NCBI GenBank assembly: GCA_938023335.1
Contig: CALIHA010000053.1
Coordinates: 73,015-137,014 of the forward strand
DNA: 64,000 nucleotides
DNA from: an uncultured Collinsella sp.
GTDB taxonomy: Bacteria > Actinomycetota > Coriobacteriia > Coriobacteriales > Coriobacteriaceae
Reading direction: 5' to 3'
This document shows, piece by piece, positions 60,465 through 64,000 of the stretch. Every line of letters begins with the position of its first letter. Within the stretch, counting starts at the first letter, position 1. The notes under the pieces were generated by a model, which worked only from the letters and a program-made list of their open reading frames with translations, searched no databases and was not told the origin of the DNA. The position numbers and the translations under genes are program-made.

Positions 60465-61904
60465 CTAGTCCAGACGACGGGTCTGCGCCACGTGCTTGTA
60501 CCAGTAGGCGCTTGCCTTGGGCGTGCGCTTCTGGGTTTCAAAGTCTACGTAGAAGAAGCCATAGCGCTTGTTGTAGCCGTTGGTCCAAGAGAACTGATCC
60601 TGCAGGCTCCACAGGAAGTAGCCGCCCACGTTGACGCCCACCTCCATGGCCTTGAGCAACCAGCGCAGGTGCTGCTCGATGTAGTCGATGCGCGGCTGGT
60701 CATCCACAAAACCGTCCTTGTAGGGGTCCTTGTAGCCCATGCCGTTCTCGGTGATGAAGATCTGCTTGTAGTTGGGGTAGCGCTGCTTAATGTAGACGAG
60801 CAGATCGAACAGACCCTCGGGATAGATGATCCAGTCCCAGTCGGTGGTGGGGATGCCGGGCTTGTTCACATGCTCGCCAATGCCCTTGACGCGCCAGCGG
60901 CCGGTGCCCTTCTCGCCCGTACCGTTGTGGTGCAGGTCGTTCTCGCCATCGTAAGCCTTCAAAAAACGGCACTGGTAGTTGTTGACACCCAGGTAGTCGT
61001 TGTAGAGCGCTGCCTCGCGCATAATCTCGAGGTCCTCGTTCTGGATCTCGATGGTGCCGCCCGAGACGGCAGCCAGGCGGTTGGCGCACTCGAGGGTGTC
61101 GGGGGCATAGTCGCCGCGGAAGGTGGCGTCGAGCAAAAACTGGTTCTGCAGCACGTGCTCGTTGTTGGCGGCCTTGATGTCGGCGGGGTCGTTCTCGTTG
61201 AGCGGGTACTTAAACTCCAGCGACTGAATGACGCCGATCTTGCCCTTAAAACCACCGTTGTGGAAGGCCAGTACTGCCTTGGCGTGGGCGAGCATCATGT
61301 TGTGCTCGCACTGGAAAGCCTCGGCCAGATGCGCCTTGACGCCGCCGGGGAAGGTGCCCTCGATGTAGGTGTTGGAGGCGTCGGCCCAGATCTCGTTAAA
61401 GGTGAACCAGTAGGTTACCTGGTCGGCGTACTCCTTAAAGCAGAAGGTGGCAAAGTCCACAAAGGCGTCGATGGTCTCGCGGTTGAGGAAGTCGCCCTTC
61501 TCAAAGAGGGGCAGCGGCGTGTCAAAGTGATGCAGCGTGACAAACGGCTCAACGTGGTGCTTGTGGCACTCGGCGAAGAGATCGTGGTAGAACTGGACAC
61601 CCTCGGGGTTGATCTCGCCGGTGCCGTTGGGGAAGATGCGACTCCAGGCGATGGAGAGGCGGATGCCGTTGATGCCGAACTCCTCGCACAGCTCCAAATC
61701 GACGGGGTACTGGTTGTAAAAGTCCGAAGCGGGATCGGGGGAGAAACGGCCCTGGGCCTCCAGGAAGTCGTCCCAGGCAACCTTGCCCTTACCGTGAGTG
61801 CGGGTCTCGCCCTCTACCTGGTAGGCAGCGGTGGCGCCGCCAAAGACAAAGTCCTCGGGAAACTGCGCAGGCGGGTTGGTGACGCTAGCAGGATTAACGG
61901 ACAT
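60465..61904 (-). CDS. bglA: GH1 6-phospho-beta-glucosidase (copy 2)
   Basis: FVFGGATAAYQVEG, FNE, ITENG. Confidence 0.92.
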   Translation of the reverse strand: MSVNPASVTNPPAQFPEDFVFGGATAAYQVEGETRTHGKGKVAWDDFLEAQGRFSPDPASDFYNQYPVDLELCEEFGINGIRLSIAWSRIFPNGTGEINPEGVQFYHDLFAECHKHHVEPFVTLHHFDTPLPLFEKGDFLNRETIDAFVDFATFCFKEYADQVTYWFTFNEIWADASNTYIEGTFPGGVKAHLAEAFQCEHNMMLAHAKAVLAFHNGGFKGKIGVIQSLEFKYPLNENDPADIKAANNEHVLQNQFLLDATFRGDYAPDTLECANRLAAVSGGTIEIQNEDLEIMREAALYNDYLGVNNYQCRFLKAYDGENDLHHNGTGEKGTGRWRVKGIGEHVNKPGIPTTDWDWIIYPEGLFDLLVYIKQRYPNYKQIFITENGMGYKDPYKDGFVDDQPRIDYIEQHLRWLLKAMEVGVNVGGYFLWSLQDQFSWTNGYNKRYGFFYVDFETQKRTPKASAYWYKHVAQTRRLD

Positions 61905-61974
61905 GATGAAATATCCAATCGTCTAAATCGAAGTGCCAGCCGGTCTTGGATGGTCGGCTGGCCCTGAGCGTTAC

Positions 61975-63750
61975 TTACTTCGAGAGTTGCTCGCTTACGA
62001 AGGCGAGAGACTTGTCGCCGTTCTGGGAGAGCTCGATGTATTGCTTACCGCGGCAGGCGACGCACTTGTTGCCCACGCGCTCGCAGTCCTTCTGCAGGTC
62101 TGCCAGGTAGCTTGCGGCCTGCGGGGCCAGGACGACCAGGTCAAAGTCGGGGAGCATATCCACGTGGTTGCCATAGGCCTCGGCAGCGGTCTCCAGATTG
62201 ATGCCGCGCTCCTTGGCAGCCTTGGCCAGCGCGTTGGCGAGCAGGCCCGAGGTTCCGCCACCCTGGCAGAGCACGAGCACGCGCTTGCCGTTGAGGTCGC
62301 TGGCGGTCGTAGCCTCGGCAGCGGGTGCTGCGGAAGCGGCGGGGGCGTCAGCCTTCACGGTCTCGGCGGCAGCGCCGGCGGCAACGCTCTTGGCATCGGC
62401 CTTGCCCTGGAAGGCATCGTTGAGCTTGGCAGCCTTCTCGGCGTTCTTGGCGGCGAGCTCCTCCTGGGAGATCTCGGCCTCCTCGGCGCACTTCTGGGCG
62501 TCATAGGCACGGAAGAACGGGTAGTACAGGGCAAAGTCGACGATCAGGATGATGGCGAGCATCACAAAGGCGAGCGGCTGGAAGCCCAAGCCCATGATGG
62601 TGCCGATGGGGCCGGGGACGGTCCAAGGCAGGGTGTACATAAAGCCGTTCATGCCCAAGAAGTCGATAAAGATCTTGAGGATCCAGATGTTGGCGATCGG
62701 GGCAAAAACAAACGGGACAAAGAAGACGGGGTTGAGCACGATGGGCGCGGCGAACAGCAGCGGCTCGTTGACAGCAAAGCAGACCGGGACGATGGCGGCC
62801 TTACCGACGGCGCGCATCTCCTGGGATTTGGCCAGGAAGCAGAACATGAAGACCAGGACGAGCGTGGCACCGGTGCCGCCCATGCAGACGACGAAGTACT
62901 GGGCACCCTGGGTCAGGACAGCGGAAGCGTGCTGGCCGGCCTGGAACGCAGCCAGGTTGTCGGTCATGTTGGCGACGAGGGCGGCGGCGATGGCGGGCTC
63001 GACGATCGAGGGGCCGTGGACGCCCACGAACCAGAAGAGGCTCATAGCGCCGTAGATCACAGCGAGGCCGATGTAGCCGTCGGCGGCGGTGAACAGGGGC
63101 TGGAACACCTGGATGACGCCCTGGGCAAAGCAGAAGCCAAAGGCAGCACGGAAGACGATATCAAAGACCCAAAAGACGGTGATGCAGACGGAGAAGGGGA
63201 TGATGTCCTTAAAGGTCTGCGAGATGTTGGGCGGAACCTGCTCGGGCATCTTGACGGTGATGTTGCGCTTGATGAAGAACTTGTAGATGATGCCGGTCAC
63301 AAACGCAGCGATGAAGGCGGTTAGCAGGCCCTTGGAACCAAGATAGGTGGTGTTGAAGCCGCTGGCGGCGTCCGTGGCGATCGTGTCGCTCGAAAGGAGC
63401 AAGAAGCCGATGATGGCCGCGCACATGCACGAGATAAAGTTGATCTGGTTGTTCTTGGGCAGGTCGCGGTTCTGGGCGTCGGCGAAGTGCTTGGCCGTGG
63501 TGGCGGCACAGGCGATGGCCAGGATGCCCATGGAGTAGTTGTAGCACTTCCACAGGGCGTTGTTGATGTCATCGGGCCAATAGAAACCCCAGATGTTGGG
63601 GACCGAGGCTACCAGGCAGAAGATGGACGAGAAGATGATGATGGGGATGACGGAGATAAAGCCGTCGCGGATCGCCTTGAGGTACTTGTTGCGGGCGATC
63701 GCGTTGAAAAAGGGCTGGCCCTTTTCGATGATGGCGATGAGTTGCTCCAT
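61975..63750 (-). CDS. PTS lactose/cellobiose-family EIICB component (copy 2)
   Basis: 591 aa, collinear with copy 1; EIIB VLVLCQGGGTSGLLANAL. Confidence 0.9.
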   Translation of the reverse strand: MEQLIAIIEKGQPFFNAIARNKYLKAIRDGFISVIPIIIFSSIFCLVASVPNIWGFYWPDDINNALWKCYNYSMGILAIACAATTAKHFADAQNRDLPKNNQINFISCMCAAIIGFLLLSSDTIATDAASGFNTTYLGSKGLLTAFIAAFVTGIIYKFFIKRNITVKMPEQVPPNISQTFKDIIPFSVCITVFWVFDIVFRAAFGFCFAQGVIQVFQPLFTAADGYIGLAVIYGAMSLFWFVGVHGPSIVEPAIAAALVANMTDNLAAFQAGQHASAVLTQGAQYFVVCMGGTGATLVLVFMFCFLAKSQEMRAVGKAAIVPVCFAVNEPLLFAAPIVLNPVFFVPFVFAPIANIWILKIFIDFLGMNGFMYTLPWTVPGPIGTIMGLGFQPLAFVMLAIILIVDFALYYPFFRAYDAQKCAEEAEISQEELAAKNAEKAAKLNDAFQGKADAKSVAAGAAAETVKADAPAASAAPAAEATTASDLNGKRVLVLCQGGGTSGLLANALAKAAKERGINLETAAEAYGNHVDMLPDFDLVVLAPQAASYLADLQKDCERVGNKCVACRGKQYIELSQNGDKSLAFVSEQLSK

Positions 63751-63812
63751 GCAAAGCTCCTAAGAGTCGGTGGGTTAGCAACGATGGTAGCTTTTGGCGT
63801 TCGGTTGCCAAA

Positions 63813-63828
63813 ATGTTGACGTTGCCAT
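63813..63828. promoter_or_regulatory. LacI-type operator candidate ATGTTGACGTTGCCAT upstream of PTS copy 2
   Basis: Shares the half-site ATGTT(A/G)ACG with the 58.9-kb motifs. Confidence 0.45.
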
Positions 63829-63932
63829 TTTGCGACACAAAAAAAGACGCGAACCAGTGGTTCCTGTGCCTGCGAACCATCGATTCCTTACGCGTAAACG
63901 TTTGAGCCGCCCGGTGGCTCTGTGGTTGCGCA

Positions 63933-63948
63933 ATGGCAACGTTAACAT
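63933..63948. promoter_or_regulatory. Second operator candidate ATGGCAACGTTAACAT (reverse complement ATGTTAACGTTGCCAT)
   Basis: Differs at one position from the site at 63813-63828 in the opposite orientation. Confidence 0.45.
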
Positions 63949-64000
63949 TTGGGCGACAAAAGCCGTTCGGGGAAGCAAGATTGTCGGTGAACGGTAGGTT

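Overview
High-GC (about 60%) chromosomal window, gene-dense, with Gram-positive/actinobacterial housekeeping content. This includes long-form HPF, family II pyrophosphatase PpaC, DegV, RicT/PSP1, ComFC, tmk-holB, PcrA and type IA topoisomerase. By inference it looks Coriobacteriia-like (Collinsella/Olsenella type); I cannot confirm taxonomy without a search. I call about 60 genes. The first 40 kb is mostly core metabolism and information processing: purH, a BceRS-like two-component pair, usp, uppP, pcrA, manA, a GntR regulator, glk, ppaC, nhaA, an aminotransferase, STAS-tatA-tatC-hypA-hypB-topA, tmk-holB-ricT-comF, hpf, degV and an IDH-family gene. From about 40 kb onward the window is a sugar-utilisation mosaic. 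It holds an XRE/DUF2975 pair in a low-GC patch, then a mannose-family PTS operon (IIA-yajC-IIB-IIC-IID) with a HutC-type GntR regulator, agaS, nagA, an epimerase-like gene, a tagatose-6-P-kinase-like gene, a nagA 3' remnant and a YhcH-family gene. After tRNA-Thr(CGU) come an orphan EIIB paralog whose phospho-acceptor His is replaced by Tyr, galM, a DeoR regulator, and two paralogous modules of PTS-Lac-family IICB plus GH1 phospho-beta-glycosidase separated by a LacI regulator. I saw no rRNA, CRISPR array, transposase, integrase or prophage genes. Structure not explained by the genes includes at least three families of dispersed intergenic repeats: a 223-bp MITE-like element with 50-nt terminal inverted repeats plus a degenerate second copy, four REP-like TCTGTAACAG palindromic units at two loci, and a GGAACGTCCCTA hairpin family. 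Other items are recurring operator-like palindromes in front of the sugar operons, a terminator-containing leader in front of nhaA, a 53-residue His/Cys-rich tail on a beta-hydroxyacid dehydrogenase, and a truncated nagA relic. I found no clear-cut novel multi-gene system. The best candidates for follow-up are the non-phosphorylatable orphan EIIB, the His/Cys-tailed dehydrogenase operon, the repeat families and the nhaA leader. All functional calls rest on my reading of the translated ORFs and on motif recognition. No database search was run.
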